Part shown: piece by piece, positions 11,491 through 26,879 of the stretch
Numbering within the stretch: the first letter of the stretch is position 1
Layout: each line of letters starts with the position of its first letter
Assembly (NCBI RefSeq): GCF_009914755.1
Contig: NC_060938.1
Source of the DNA: the human T2T-CHM13v2.0 reference genome, Homo sapiens
Reading direction: 5' to 3' (one strand)
DNA: 64,000 bases
The notes under the pieces: model-generated
The model's database searches: none
Told to the model about the DNA's origin: nothing
What the model saw: the letters and a program-made list of their open reading frames with translations, nothing else
Program-made: the position numbers and the translations under genes

Positions 11491-13699
11491 CTGAGTATAG
11501 TGGAGACATACAAAAATAAATCTAGTAAATGGAAAGATGAGAATAAAAATATAGCCTGAATTAAAATAGTGTTCCGTGTTATTAAAGTGAGTAAATGTTA
11601 GTGCAACAAATATGAGATATGTCATTTGTACATTTTTAGCAAGCATTCACAGACCTAAGACATAAATTGATCAGCACCTCTCCATAATGGACTGAAAGAT
11701 CTAACTTTCCTGCAGACTTGGGAAATTATTCAGAATATAAATATAACAATTTATTTATTGACTTTGCATCCCAGGAAATATCAAGAAGAATTGTCTGATA
11801 TAAATGTAGACCTTGGCCTTGCTAAAATCAATATTTATCTCTTGGGTCAATCAATTTATTGACGTTCACCTCAAAGAGAAGTCAGTATGTGTGTAATATC
11901 ACTGTGGACAAAATTTCAACATAGAAATGTTATAATGCTGAATTTAGTTTTGTTTCCCTGAAAACTTGTTTGTCCTGTCTGATTTTATATGGTCCTATCA
12001 GGTTCAAAATAAGAGAGTTTAAATATATTAAATATTTTAGACTATTGTTTCTCATATCACTTAGCAAAAGCAAAAATTATTGCCTTAATGTTGTTTAAAA
12101 TTGAGTAAGTCCAAAGCAACTCTTACCAGTTTAATTTCTTATAGTGAAATTTTCATCAGATGCATAGAAATCATTTAAAGCTATGAATTGTAATTACAAA
12201 TTTCCCAAAGAAACAATGTCATAATTTTAAAATAAGTAAGGGCAAAGAACTATGGTGAGTAGAGGTAAAAACTTCTAAAATTATTTTATATGGCAATCAT
12301 CAACTGGTTAATTGTGGTAATGTAGAAAAGCACACATCACATATGAACACAGAATTCAAGCTAATGTCACAAGCTAACGAAAAGCAGCAAATTTGCTGTC
12401 CATCTACTTGACATATATGTTATTTGAGCTAATCATTTCTACTTTGCAGCTGATGTCTACCTTCATTACAGAAACTTATGCCTGTCTTTAAATATATTTG
12501 ATTTATTTTCCCAGTACACTGAATTCATGTGTATTTTTCTTTTTACAGTAGCAAACCAAATATGTTGAATATTTTTATGTACTCTCCTTGCAACTAATAT
12601 ATATCTTGCTTAAACTATATATGGCAATCATACATAAATAATCACACATGGTTGATGAATTGCCTGCTTACTTTTCTTTGCTGTGGATAATTCAAATGTT
12701 AGCTGTAACATACCTACCAAAACTTTCCATCCCACTCTTTTCTATGAAATTATATTAATTGTCAGGAACAATCAAAATAAAAAGGTTTGTAAAGGCAAAT
12801 TCACTCTCAAGAGATTTTATATATACAGAATATGATATATATTACCTAGGCCTACAGGTGAGGCCAATGGATTTGGCATTTACTTTCATATTTCAAGCCA
12901 TAGGGCAGGAATACATTCACCAAGTTGATTCAGATCCTAAAGTTCTTCTTCTATGCTCTAATCTGTAAGACTGAAACATGGCTATTTCTTTCCTCCTTCT
13001 ACTTCTTGTCTCTTGGCAATGTGATTGAAGTACAAGGAAATCAACCCTCTTGACTTAACTATGTGACTCACATCCTACTTACTTACTGATTTTGACCACT
13101 AGCTTAGCCCAAACTTCCTTCCTTTTATTTTCTGTGGTTCACTTAAATCCTGAAACTTGAGTGATTTAATATTCATGTTTTCACTGGGCTTGTGGACTAA
13201 TTATATAATAAGTAACCTTCCCAAAATATATTGGCATAGAGAGCTAAAATCCTTTTCCTGACACTTCAGACATTACCATAGTATCTACATGACAGATATT
13301 GTGCAAATTAACTACAATTGTCCTTTTCCTTCTCATTGAGTCTTTTTTTTTCCCCTTACATTTATATATTTGCCTAATGTAGCTTCAGATTGTTTCTTCC
13401 ACAAAAACTACTTTTATTACATCTGGTTAAAACATGTAATACTAATTTAAAGGGCTATGTTAATTTTTTGTTAACTTTTTAAATGGAACTTACTATGTTT
13501 TAGTTGGTTAGTTTGTTTTATCATAGAAATAATCTTAAGCTCTGAGCAAAGATTTTTCTGCTTTTAGTTACAGAAATTCTGATAGGAGTATAATGTAAGG
13601 TAATACACTTAAAATATTAACTGGTTAAAATAAATTTTGGATTAAAGTTTTTGGAAAATCAGGTAATATTTATGCTTTCAAAATTTAAGAGTTTTATAT

Positions 13700-14300
<601 letters not shown>

Positions 14301-14329
14301 TGATAGTGAAGTAACAGAAATGAGGTAAA

Positions 14330-14495
14330 AAAGAGAGAAGGAGAAGGAAATGAAGAGGAGGAGGAGAGGAGAGGAGCAAGGAGGTGGCATTGAGGAAGGG
14401 AAAGGAGGAGGAGGAGAAAAAGGAAGAAAGGAAGGAGGGAAGGAGGAGAAAGAAGAGGAGGAGATGGAAAAGGAGGAGGACAGCTAGAGGAGAGC
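14330..14495. repeat. GA-rich polypurine low-complexity tract
   Basis: Imperfect GGA/GAA/GGAA repeats. Confidence 0.9.
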
Positions 14496-14509
14496 ATGGT
14501 AATTTTTAT

Positions 14510-14680
14510 GAATTGTATATGCACTAGCTATTTAATCCTCACAACAGAACTATCAGATAGTTTCCATTGAAGAAAAGGTTAGCATAAAAGGTTAGTAACT
14601 TGCTTATGGTGACATCCCAAATGGCAGAGCTGGATCTTGAATTCAGGCATAATGACCTCAATTTGGCCAGTTGTGCCCTA
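14510..14680 (-). mobile_element. MIR
   Basis: TTTAATCCTCACAACA...GGTTAGTAACTTGC...AAATGGCAGAGCTGGATCTTGAATTCAGGC. Confidence 0.75.
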
Positions 14681-15129
14681 TTCTGAATGGAAAGACTATG
14701 AAATATTTCCCAAGCTGTTTGTGGCACTCATTGCATCTTTTCCCAAGGCAGCTACGGTGTAAAATTAGGTTTACATGAAAGCTGTAGTATAATGTTGTAT
14801 AGTTCAATAAGCCATGTGTAGAAGCTGAATTTTTCAGGCACTAAACAGATTTACTTTATTCTTTTAATACAAATATATTTCTTAAGAAAACCCAATTGCA
14901 GTGGCAGCAATTGTTCTTCTTGGGGTTTATCTGTAACTCCAAGTCTGTGAGTTATACCCTTACCTGTCCAGCTATGTCAGATATAATTATATCCGAAGTT
15001 TTCTGAAGTTTTGAAATTTTTATGTGAACCACTAATAGGATATAGAATCATTAAATCCATATATTACCTTAAGCCAAAGTGTTGGTCTGTGCTTTGGAAG
15101 TAAAGAAACAAGTCAACATACTACTCTTA

Positions 15130-16800
15130 ACTTCCCTCCCTTCTAATAAATTGATTTGTGTCTTGACTTCCACCCAATTTGTCCTGTCTTTGAAGAAAAA
15201 GTGCTCCTGGTTTCCAAAGCTAGTCATTCTATCCTTAATTGAATTCATTCTTATTATTGATTGCATTCATTATTATTCTCAGTTTCATAATTGTAGTCCC
15301 ATAATTTATTACTCAATTAATATCTTTCTTTATATTCACCAGATTTTCTGAAGTCAACGAACACTCATATTTCAAATGTAAACAAATAAAACCAAACTCT
15401 TTTACCAGGCCCTGCTTCCCTCACCTCATGTCTTTTCTTAAGTTTACTAAATATTTTGAAAGACTATTTTACATTGCTATCTCTATTTCTTTACCATCCA
15501 TCTATATGTTTCTTTACGGCTTCTGTCTCCTACACTTTATTGAAACTACCAAATCAGAGGTCATCAGTAATGTATTTTTTGCCATTTCTAGTCATTCTTA
15601 GTCCTCATCTTCCCCAAATTTTCTGCTGTATTCGACCGTTATTGGACACTCTTCATTCTTTAACCTTTCTGTGCCATTGATTCTCTGACATTGTTCTTTA
15701 GTTAGCTTTATCTTATTTCTTTAACTAAGGCTATATTTTGCTACTCTTGCTTTTAATGTGGATCCTTGTCAATTTCACCATTGAGTTTATTACCTTTCTT
15801 CTCACCCCTTACATATCACAGTTTTCTGGGGGGGTTTGATTAATCCTTACATATAAAATCTTTCCCTTTCTGGTCTTGGTCTTTTTATTGTTTAATGTCT
15901 TTTTTTCCCCTTAGAAATATCATGCCCTCACTTCTGGGCAATAACTGGCAACTTTGCATGTGTTTCTTGAAATTTTAAACCTAATTCCCAATAATTTGCA
16001 TATCTTAAAGCCAAATTGAATGCAATCCAGTATAGTTGATACTTCATCTTTCTGGTCACCCATGAAAATAAGTAGTTATCCTTAAGTCATTCATCGCCAT
16101 CATCCTTGCCACTGTTAAATTACTATGTTCTATTTGTTCTACCTGCGTGATGGTGCTTCATCAGTCTATCATTTGATTTTGTTCTTCCTCCTGTAGAGCA
16201 CGCAATGACATTACCTCATACCCAGAATATTCTTGTAGTTTTCTAATTGGTATTTCTGTCTTCAGACTTTCAATATACTACTGTACCTTTTACACAGGGT
16301 CCAGAATTAGCTACTTAAAATGTAGGTCAGAGTACATATCACTTTTTTTTAATAAAGAAAAAAATGGCAACAGCCTATGGCCTACAGAATACAGTCAAAA
16401 TTACCTAAAATGACATTCATAGGCTGCTACAGCTGATCTCTGTATGATTGTTCAGATTACTTCCAAATGCATATTCTTTCATTGAGCTTAACTTTAGCCA
16501 TTTTCTCATTACACCATGTATTTTCATGCTCTTATTATGCTTTTGGTCCTAATTAACTTAGAATATGTTTTTCTTACTTTCTTCCCTGTCACTGAGAGCC
16601 CATCAATCCTCAAAGTGTTAAATTAGTTTATTCCACCTTACATTGTGATCGTCTTCCTTTCTAGTTTGTAAACACTTCTAAAGCAGAAATAATTTTATTC
16701 CTAATTGTATTCTTCACTTCATCCCCCACCACATACATAACACACACACACACTCTGTCTGTGGTACATAGACAGTGTTTATTAAACATTTTTTGGAATG
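15130..16800 (+). mobile_element. Long degraded L2 (ORF2 region to 3' end)
   Basis: GGCTTCTGTCTCCTACACTTTATTGAAACTAC, TTCTTAGTCCTCATCTT and TCTGCTGTATTCGAC are L2 RT motifs; L2 3' motifs follow. Confidence 0.7.
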
Positions 16801-18629
16801 TTACTGTAAAGATATGAGAATATATAGACACATGAAAATCAGTTTGGCACTTTAAGGTCACACTTTTTCGTGCAGGAATTATTTTACATAGAATAAAGTA
16901 TAATTTGGCCAAAAAAAAAAAAAGCAAGTTAGTTATCCAAAAAGGCTCAATTCAATAACTTTCTTTTCAACAGCCTGTGTAACATGCCTGATATTCACAA
17001 AAAAACTGGACTTTGTCATCTGGGCTCTTCACCAGATCCTCCACTAAGGCCATTACTTTCAGAATGTACAACCTGCTAGCGAATATTCATGATAAACTGA
17101 ATTACCAGGACCACTGGAACCTAGCTAGTGGTTGCCACCACTGCATGTTCTTTGCTAGTGAGTAGTGGAAGAAGTAGTGAGAGTAGAGTGTTCAGAAAGG
17201 CAAGCATGGAATGATTATTTAACAGAATATTTGACAAATGTCAGAAAAGCTATTACGTATATAAAGCTAAAAACGAAAAAAAACCCTCAAATTTGCTTGT
17301 AAATCCAATGCAACTATTATTAATAAAAACTCACATGTAGCCCCTTAAAATATATGTTTGACCAAATGCCTCTGAAATGTTTAACTTAATTATTCAATAA
17401 TTTTATTTAAATTATTAACAGGAAAATTTAAAAATATACACGAACAAAAAAAAAATCAGAAAAAAAAATCCTGTTTTTAAAAACTACCCAGAAGGTAGCA
17501 TACTCTACTACACAGTTGCATATTTTTTAAACAGAAAATTGGAGCTTAAACTAAATTTTTTCTTTTTGTTTACAACATATTTGGAACATCTTTTTACGCT
17601 ATTAAATGCAATATTTATATTTAATCATTGCATATTATCTAATTGCAGCAATTTGCTCTAGTTTATTTAATCAACTCATGAATGTTCAGTTTCTAAAACT
17701 GCTTGCACATAAATTGTAAAAATTTTCACCAAGAATTTAGTAGAACATATTTGGGAGGAAAAGAGAAACAAGGAGAGGGAGAGGATTTGAGAAGGCACAC
17801 TAAATCCTGTGTCCTCCCAGGGCATATTTCTAGCTCTAGTATCCCTGACTCACAATCATACTGAAAAAGAAAATATATATATATTCTGCCTGAACATCCA
17901 ACTGATTTAAAGTCTGTTGATGACCCAAAGTACAGTTCCAGACATCAGAAATGAAATCTCAATCTGTGCCAGTTAAATGTTAAATAACTGTATTTCATTA
18001 TTAATACAAAAAATATTTTATTCATTACACATACCAAAGAGATCAGAGTTCATTCATTCTTTCATTCATTAAACACAGCTATGACAGCCTCGCTGTGTCT
18101 CTAGGATAGGAAGAAAAGAGAAAAATGAATATCATAATTTTTAATATGTGAAATAGGAAATGGAGGCAATTTGGGTGGTCAAGTGACTCAATCCAAGTAA
18201 CTCCTATAGTTTCTCTTTTAGTGCCCAGTTGACCAGAGTTGCTTTAACTCAGTCTGGTTCTTCTCTAATCGGGTCACTCTCCTTCCTGTACTCCCTGTGT
18301 GTCCTGCATCCACACCTTTGATCCTGCTGGTCTTTCTCTGCAGAAGGGGAAAACTACAAGCTGACGATGAAGACTCAACTGCTTACTAAACTTTCCCTTG
18401 TCCCCTTTCTGAGAGTTTTCCAAACTACATTCCAAGATTTGCTCTTTACAAGTAATAGACATTTTGTGGGGGAAAATAAAAAGACTTCCATGCTTAAAAA
18501 CATCTGACAACTCTTGGAAACTCTTATTTAAATAATTCTGGTAGGGTTCACTAAAGTAGCAGGATTTGAAAACACTAACGTGAGAATAACACAGGAGCTC
18601 GTCAGGCTAGATTAGTTCAGTTTTACACA

Positions 18630-18845
18630 CTCCTAGCACCTTCTGCTACTTATTCGCAACATCTTCCCAATTATAGTTCAAACAATTATTTGGTTAGTTC
18701 ATGTATTCCCCATAGAATGTAAGGTTCTCGAAGGCAGGGACCATGTTTTTCTCATTCACTTCTACATTCCAGAGTAAAACACAGATAAAAATGGCACAAA
18801 GCAGAAACTACAAAATGTAGGTTGAATGAATAAATAACTGAATGG
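18630..18845 (+). mobile_element. L2 3' end
   Basis: TAGAATGTAAGGTTCTCGAAGGCAGGGACCATGT...GTTGAATGAATAAAT. Confidence 0.8.
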
Positions 18846-19432
18846 ATCTTCATAAGAGGATGGAATATGTAGTTTTCTCAGGTATATCTGACCAGAAAAC
18901 CTTTCTTTTGTGGAATATCTATTAACATTTCTTCCCCTTACTTTTCTAGTTGAATTTGTTGGTGGAACTTCGGATCATCTTGTGTACAATATCCAATTGT
19001 CCTCTTTTGTTTTCTGTTTGGAGTGGGACCACCCCAATATACCAGGTGTCCAAATCAAAACATAGAGATCATCCTTAACTGATCTCATCCATGTCTAATT
19101 CCATTAACTCCCAGTCCTTTTTGCTTCTACCTATCTTCATTTGCTTTTTTTTAACCCTTTGAGACCCTAGCATAAGCCAAGAAAATACATCTTTCATAAT
19201 AGTATCAGAACTGTTTTTTCTTGCTGCCCCACAATCTCTAATCCATCATAACCGTCAGTTTTTGTCATCTGAATCTCTTGTTTAAAATATTTTTAGACTT
19301 TGAACAATTTGTACAACTCTGTACTTACATCTTGATTTCAGCATTACACTGCCTGACTCACTGTATATACTCCAGTGCTGTTGAATGTTGTTGGTTCCCT
19401 AACGCCAGCATATTCATTTTAGCTTCTGACTT

Positions 19433-19533
19433 TAGGACTGTCATATAGGGCTTCGCAGCTGTGCACTGCATGAATCTAACATTGTGATGTGAGTGGGGTC
19501 CCCTAGAGATGTGCAGCACAACGTCCCTACCTG
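19433..19533. mobile_element. MER91-like hAT-Tip100 MITE remnant
   Basis: GCTGTGCACTGCA...GATGTGAGTGG...CCCTAGAGATGTGCAGCACAAC, a palindromic MER91 pattern. Confidence 0.55.
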
Positions 19534-20008
19534 ATGACTCATTTTTTCCCTCATGGAATCCTTTGTGACACTTTTTCTTGTTTCTTATTCTTCTTGTTTT
19601 TGATTAGTCATCTCATGCTTACTCCATGATCGTTGGGCACCTGTACCTTGTGCCTCCAAAGCATACTTACATTTCTTCTGTCATAGCACTTGTCACTGTC
19701 TTATAGGTATTTTCTTCTCCATCTAGACTGGAAGAACCATGGCAGCCAGGCCTCTGCTAGCCTACATGGTGGATATTCAACATCTTCCCAGTGCCTAGAA
19801 AGCCCCGCATCCTCAGGGCCTTTGTTGTTGCTATTCTCCCACTTGCAGTGTCTTTCCTAGACAGTCACAAGGCTTTATCCTTAGCCTCCTTCAGGTGTTT
19901 ACTTGGGTATCACCTTCTTAGGTCCCTGACCACCTTATGGTAACCCCACCTCTTCTGTCCCTATTTATCTTCCTTTCTTGCTTTATTTTGTCTCCATCCC
20001 AGATCAGC

Positions 20009-20828
20009 TGAACTAGGTACCAGTTTTCAGAATAGTCAACCAGGACAACAAACCAAAAATGAAAGTATCAGACCTTTGATCACTTACTGCTGGAGTGTAA
20101 GTGAAAGAATAACTTAGAGAAAGTGTAGATGCCCCCTCCACACCACTTCTTTCCATTTTTGCCCATGGAAAGGCACAGAGGTTTAAGGTCAGGAGGATGA
20201 ACACAGATGTAAAGGTTGGCTCACTGCTGAGGAAGCCTAAAAGAAAAGGTTCCTGTAGTTTAATGGACATGGGGGCTATGGGGAGAAGGAAAGAAAAGGA
20301 CCAGGAGTGGGAAATGTATTGAGTACAGATGGTCCTTGACTTATGTTAGTACAACTTATGATTTTTTGACTTTAAGGTGGGTTTATGGGAGCATTAAGTG
20401 TATTTTCCAGTTATAATATTTTGGACTTTTATTTTCTACTTACAATGGGTTTATCAAGACATAGCACCATTCTAAGTCGAGGAGCATTGGTATTGAGTCA
20501 AAGCGAAAAGGATCTTTGAGACTCATCATCTTTGCACTCAATAAGGAGTTTTAGACAGATGAATCTGGAGAAAGCCTTCCATAGAGGCCTTGAAATGAAG
20601 GTTTCTGGGCTAGGGATTTGGTTATACATAAAGCATGGCTGGCTAAGGGGGCCTGAGACTTTGACTGGAACTCCTTTCAGAGATGCAATGCACTGGCTGC
20701 ACCAAGTTGGCTGTGGCTATAACAGCTTTCCCATATGAGACCTGGCAAATAAAGCCTTGATAATTTCCTGTGGTTGGACTTGAAGTCACACATAGGTTTT
20801 TAGCCAGGAGCCAGACTCTCCTGTTTCA
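20009..20828 (-). mobile_element. Solo LTR (family not identified, probably ERVL class) inserted in L2
   Basis: TG...CA termini, 5-bp TSD TCAGC/TTAGC, and the L2 sequence rejoins across it. Confidence 0.6.
20326..20490. mobile_element. MER47/Tigger5-like DNA transposon
   Basis: TIRs CAGATGGTCCTTGACTTA ... TAAGTCGAGGAGCATTGG, flanked by TA. Confidence 0.8.
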
Positions 20829-21340
20829 TTAGCAGTTATCACTTTTATCATACTGTATGTTACAAATCCACATTTCATTTGTTTTCTGTACCTTTCACTA
20901 GCTTCATGAGGGCAGGGGAATTTTGCTGTTTGCTATTGCATTGCTAACGTATAGAGAAGTGCCTGGTACGTGGTAGATCATTAAAAATGTTTATTCAATG
21001 AATGAATTAGTTTTACTTTATGTGTGCATTTTTGTCTTTGCAACTAAGCTATAAATTTTCTTGAGGATCGAGACCTTGTCACATATTTCTTGCTATATGT
21101 ATACCTTCTCAATCAGATAGTATAGTTTAAATGTTAAAAATGTTATTCACTGGATTCATATGTAATTTTCACCCTGTATCTTAAGGTAACACTTTAGAGT
21201 TACAGGGATAAAGTCTAATCTTTTCTTTATTTCAAAATTTGAAATATTTTAAAACAGGTGTCATTTATTTCCCTAACTTTTGTTTTTTCCAAGTGAAATC
21301 TCTCTCCCCTCTTTACCCATTTATCACATAGCAATGGAGT

Positions 21341-21845
21341 TGTGATGGCTAATTTCACTTGTCAACTTGTCTGGGTCACTGTGGGCAGATATTTGATCAA
21401 ACATTAGTCCAGATATTTCTGTGAAGGTAATTTTTAGATAAGATTAACATTTAAATCAGCAGACTTTGAGTAGAGTAGGTTACCCTTCATAAGATGGGAA
21501 AGTCTTATTTAATCAGTTGAGGGCCTTAAGGAAAAGATTGACCTTTCCCAAAGAAGAGGGAATTCTTCCAACAGACTGCCTTTGGACTAGAATTTCAACA
21601 TCTTCTCTTCTCTGGATCTCCAGTTTCCATAATTTTGTGAGTCGGTTCTTTCAAATCTCCCTCTCTCCTCTCTCTCTCTCTCTAGGGTAGAGAGAAATTT
21701 GAAGGAATTGACTCACATATATATGTATATACGCACACATATACCATATATACACACAGTCACACATACACGCAGACACCCACACAGAGACATACACACA
21801 CATATCCTACTGATTCTTTTGCTCTGGAGAACCATGAAAAATACA
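21341..21845 (+). mobile_element. MLT2 (MLT2D-like) ERVL solo LTR with internal (CT)n/(CA)n
   Basis: TGTGATGGCTAATTTCACTTGTCAACTTG...CTCTGGAGAACC...AATACA; perfect TSD GGAGT. Confidence 0.9.
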
Positions 21846-24224
21846 GGAGTCCTGTTTTTCACCCTCCTGTTAGTTCTGGAACCACTACACCCCATCAGTG
21901 TTCCACCTAATTGATATTAATATCTGAAGCAGACACAGTGCTCCAAATATAGTCTTATCAATGCAAGATACAGGGATATTGTTGACTCCCTTGCTAAACA
22001 CTGTTCTATGAAAATGCAATATATATTTGTTGGCTCATATTAAATCTCTTATTAATTAAAAATTATCTAACGTAAGCTTTTGTGTTGTGCCAGGAATTGC
22101 ATTAAGAAATGTGAATATGGAGCTACAAAGTAGGGTCCCATTTCTCCAAGGACATGAGGATTTCCTTCCTATTCACAATCTCTGCCATCCCGCATTTGTG
22201 GTTGACTTTTAAATTTAGGTGTTAGACTTTATATTTATCTTCCAGAATTCCTTCTTGCTCAATTTGATCTACTGTTTCAACCTTCATAATAAAAAAATTG
22301 ATTTTTTTATCATGATTCTGTCATCCAATATTTGACTACCTCTCCAAGTTCATACACATCCTTTCTATGTCTACATCTATTTTTAAACTAAAATTGTGAG
22401 TAAAGCTCACAATTCAATTCACAGATTCAAAAATGAGCCATTTAATCATCATCATTTGACAATAATTGTTCAACTAACACATATCCACGTAATTTACAAA
22501 AATCCTCTGTACTCTATCTTGTTCACAAAGACACCAACAAAACACTGCATTAAGTGCCTCATTGAAATGCAGATTCACTATGTCTAAATAATTTAATTAA
22601 TTTGGTATAATTTATTCTTAGTGAACTCAAAGTGGCTCTCAGTGATTGCTTCTTCCTTTTCTAGGTGTTCATGAGCCATCCGTTTAATTATATGTCTTGG
22701 AATTTTGCTGGGAATTGATGGATTGCTCCATGATATATAATTGTGGTATGTCCATTTACATTTTCCATGAGAGAAGAAAAAATACATTGATCTGTATACC
22801 ATTTTCTAGCACTCTTTCCACTCACCATGATTATCTTCACGCTGCTTACATTGATACTGTAATTACATGAGAAATAGGAGCTGCCTCATGGAATCCAAAG
22901 GCAGGAATGGAAATGTATTTTAGAAATCAACCACACATCAGTCCACTTGAAGGGAACTCAGCGAGTTCTCTTAATCCGTTGTCTCTCTTTTCCTTTTCAC
23001 ATCACCTTTTCTTTCATCCGTATTCATTTGTATAGAGAAAATGTATGTTTTCTAGTTAAAATAATAGATAACAGCTAATATGAATAACTCTAAAATTTAC
23101 AACCGTTCTATTTCAGAAAGTGGCCTATAAGCTGAAATCTCTTATTTCATATTCTATGCAGAAAGGATTTTTGATTCACTTGGCTGAGGTTTCAATGTCT
23201 GGATTAACTAATATTGTTAAGGAAATGGAATAATGTTATATGAATATGACTGTCCGATTCTCAAGCAGAAGTAAAATGTAGAGGGGAGCTTCCAGAACTA
23301 GAGATGATGTTCAGACAACCCAGTAGGTATACATCACATACAATGTATCATTCAGATATCCAAGGATAAGAAACGCATGGCAGCCTACCCACTTGAGGCC
23401 TGGAATTGGAAGCCGGTATCTGAAACTGCTTTGTGTCTTTCTAGGGTGATCTGGCTTCTCATCTATACTTTTCTTTTTACGCATTCCTCTGGTGTTTATG
23501 CTCCCAGAATACTTGGATTCTTTGGCTATTCATGGTCATGAGTCCTCCATGACTTCACTGTGCAAATAGCTTAGACTTACAATGCTGATCCTTGCGTAAC
23601 TGAAAATGACTCTTCACTTCTATTGCTTACCTTCATCTGACTAGCTACTCTTTCTGAGGTTTTGAGTTAAGGTTATATAGAGAATGAATCTGCTTAGTTA
23701 CTAGCAGTTAGTTGATTGGTTTGGGATTTTTGTCAGATTCCCACTGGTAAGAAGGGGACCAAGGCAGGACATTTTGATGGATACTTTTGCTAAAATAGAA
23801 TATAAATTATCTATTCATAAACACATTGACCTCTTATAATAGGTAGAGCCATCTAGATATCTTTTCTTTGAACTTGGTTTATCTTTAGTAGTATGAAGAA
23901 AAGTTTTCACCATAGATAAGTTAAGGATTAAATATCTATACTTGCCTACTATTTTGGTTAATGTGAAACGATCAGCTTCAACCACTATAATTAATTATCT
24001 TTTTGAAAAGGTGCCTTGAACATGGATGATACATTTTTATTATCTTCAATTATCTTAATAGTTCTATGCTGAACTTTATATTTCTGGAGACTTCTTAATC
24101 ACTTCGAGCCTAGCCTCAGTTTTCTCTTCGATAAAATAGTTATAGAAACACCTGTCACAACATCACCTATGGGAACAACCAAGCATCTTGTTTCCACATA
24201 ACAGATGCTCAAAATGTAAGAATC

Positions 24225-24567
<343 letters not shown>

Positions 24568-26879
24568 CTATGACATTTTCTCTTATGTACTTTTCCCTCT
24601 TGTTTCTACCTCCTTGAAGTCATTTATAATTTTCTTATCAGAATTTCTTTTTAAAAGCCTCTAATTCTTTTAGAAGTCTAAGGTGGTAGAATCACTCACA
24701 TCTACTCTCTGAAAGTTTTGAAATCTGCTTTTCTAAAGTCCTAAGTATCTGTCAGACTGTGCCGAGTGTTTCCTTTCTTGGCTATTTCAAGCACTAAGAT
24801 GACAACTTGACTTTCTCCCCAGGTTCCTGTCACTTGAATTTCATGAACCAGTTTTTTTCTTTTGGTCAAAGTTAAGTCCAGAGAAACAGTTGTCCTCATT
24901 GCTTCATCAAGTAGCTGAGAGACAAAATTTTCAACAAAATTCATTGACATTTCAGCTATAGCCTGCCTACCTCTAGTTCATTCTCACATCAAAATCATTT
25001 ATGCCTCTCCCTCCTGTAATCCTGAGCATGGTATAATTCACTGTTTCTCAAACTGTCTTTAGATAATGCAGTTTTATGGTACAGGAGTACTCTATAAGAA
25101 TTTTAAATGTTGTGGATGTTTTAAAAATTTTGCTGATACAGTCTGGATTATTATTTCAATTCCTGGATTTGCATGCATATTTATGATTTTGTAGATGTCA
25201 AGTATCACCTAAAATGACACTATTTAATATTATTGTGCTGCCTTTAGGGATGACATGTCTTAATATCAAGATGAGAACAATATTTTCATGTATATTGTTG
25301 CTGAATTATTTTGCCTCTTATAACACATAATTCCTTTTGCAAAGTAAATTTGCAATTAAAAGACATTTCCACAGCATAAAAACTTTAGTTCCTTAAGTTT
25401 TTCAATAGATTAAAACATCGATTTGACCTCATGAAAAAGACAGTGCAGTACTAGTTCAATTGTCACTCGCTAATGAGAAAAGAACAGAGGAAGTTAACTC
25501 AGCATATAAATAATGCATCTCCATCAAATGAAGACCTTGCTGTTCTGTAGGAATAAAGGTGTAACAGAGTTTGAAGAGAAAGAGTGGAGGAAGACTTGAA
25601 TTATCATGTGGAACACATTTTTTAAAAAAGCAGGATAATACATTTCATATCTGTCTTGTTTTAATTTTAGAAAAACACATTATTACATAGAATAATTTGA
25701 ATGTTTTTGGTTATGTTCGCCATTGCTTCAATTTAGACTATTCCTTATACATCTTAACTTTATAATTGTGTTAGGATAGGGTAGGTGTTAGAGATTCAAT
25801 GGTGTGTATAAAAAATTCTTGTTCCTGTTCTGGTAGAGCATTTCTAGCAAAGTCAGAAGCATCACGAAGCCTTGCAACTACTGCAATGCTGCTTTTCACC
25901 TCAGGACATTGGACTATCTCCTGAGATGACACGAGAATGAAGCAACATCTTCTCATTCCCTTCCCATCACTCATATAGCTGCTCTGTATGATGGAGTCTA
26001 ATATCAAGCTTTGTAGTTGCAGCAGAAGGGTTAAATTAGAAATATAGCTACCTCTCAGTATAGATTTATTTAAGAAAAGTCTTTAAGCAGCCAGATGGCT
26101 GTGTGGATATTCTCAGATTGTGGGTGAGAGTGAAAGAAGGTGAGGTGAAGATGAAAAAATAAAAGATGTGCCAGGAGGAAAAAGAAGAGGAGAAGGAAGT
26201 AAAAAAAAGAAGGGAAAAAGGAAGATTAGAAGGAAGGAAAAAAGAGGAAAAAGTGAAAAACATAAAGAGAGAACACAAAGTCCATATAAAGTTGATATTA
26301 ATAATGTAACCTAAAATAATTCTAAAAATACAACACAATTAAATCAAAATAGCATATATACTTATTTCTTAATGTTTAATTTTCTTCCATCTCCTTGATT
26401 TTTTATAATTGAATAATGTGTTACAGTAATTTATATTTGAGCCAGAAATATTTAGATTATAAACTAATCATTGCATTTCATGGTATATAGACACTCATTA
26501 AATTTTTAAAATATGTACATATGTGGTAATAAAATTTGATGCAAAGGCAAAAATTTTAGGATTTAGTATGTGAAATTTATTGTTGAAAAAGCAGGTTCTT
26601 GCCTTCTAAGGGGTTAGATGAAAAAAATAAGAAAAAATAAGAAATGCAGGTTTCAATAAATGCCAATTAAGGCTTGATTCTGATAATCATTTTTAAAATG
26701 TTATTTACTATTCCAAGTAATCAATAAAATTAAAAACAAGATATGATTTATACGTAACACACAGGAGAATGTAAAAGTAGAAAAAATGTAGTCTATTCAG
26801 AAAAAGTTGACTGAAATAAGATAAAATATATGAATTATGATATGAATGAGATTAATTTATTCATTAAAATACATAATAA

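Larger units (their letters stand above)
19000..21010 (+). mobile_element. L2 fragments split by MER91-like and LTR insertions
   Basis: CCTCAGGGCCTTTGTTGTTGCT...CTCCTTCAGGTG; resumes TAGCAGTTATCAC...CATGAGGGCAGGG...AGTGCCTGGTACGTGGTAG...AATGAATGAAT. Confidence 0.7.

Noticed and set aside
25771-26007. ORF ...EIVQCPEVKSSIAVVARLRDASDFARNALPEQEQEFFIHTIESLTPTLS as a terminal coding exon
   Set aside because: It looks protein-like and follows a plausible acceptor, but I recognise no homologue and can link no upstream coding exon.
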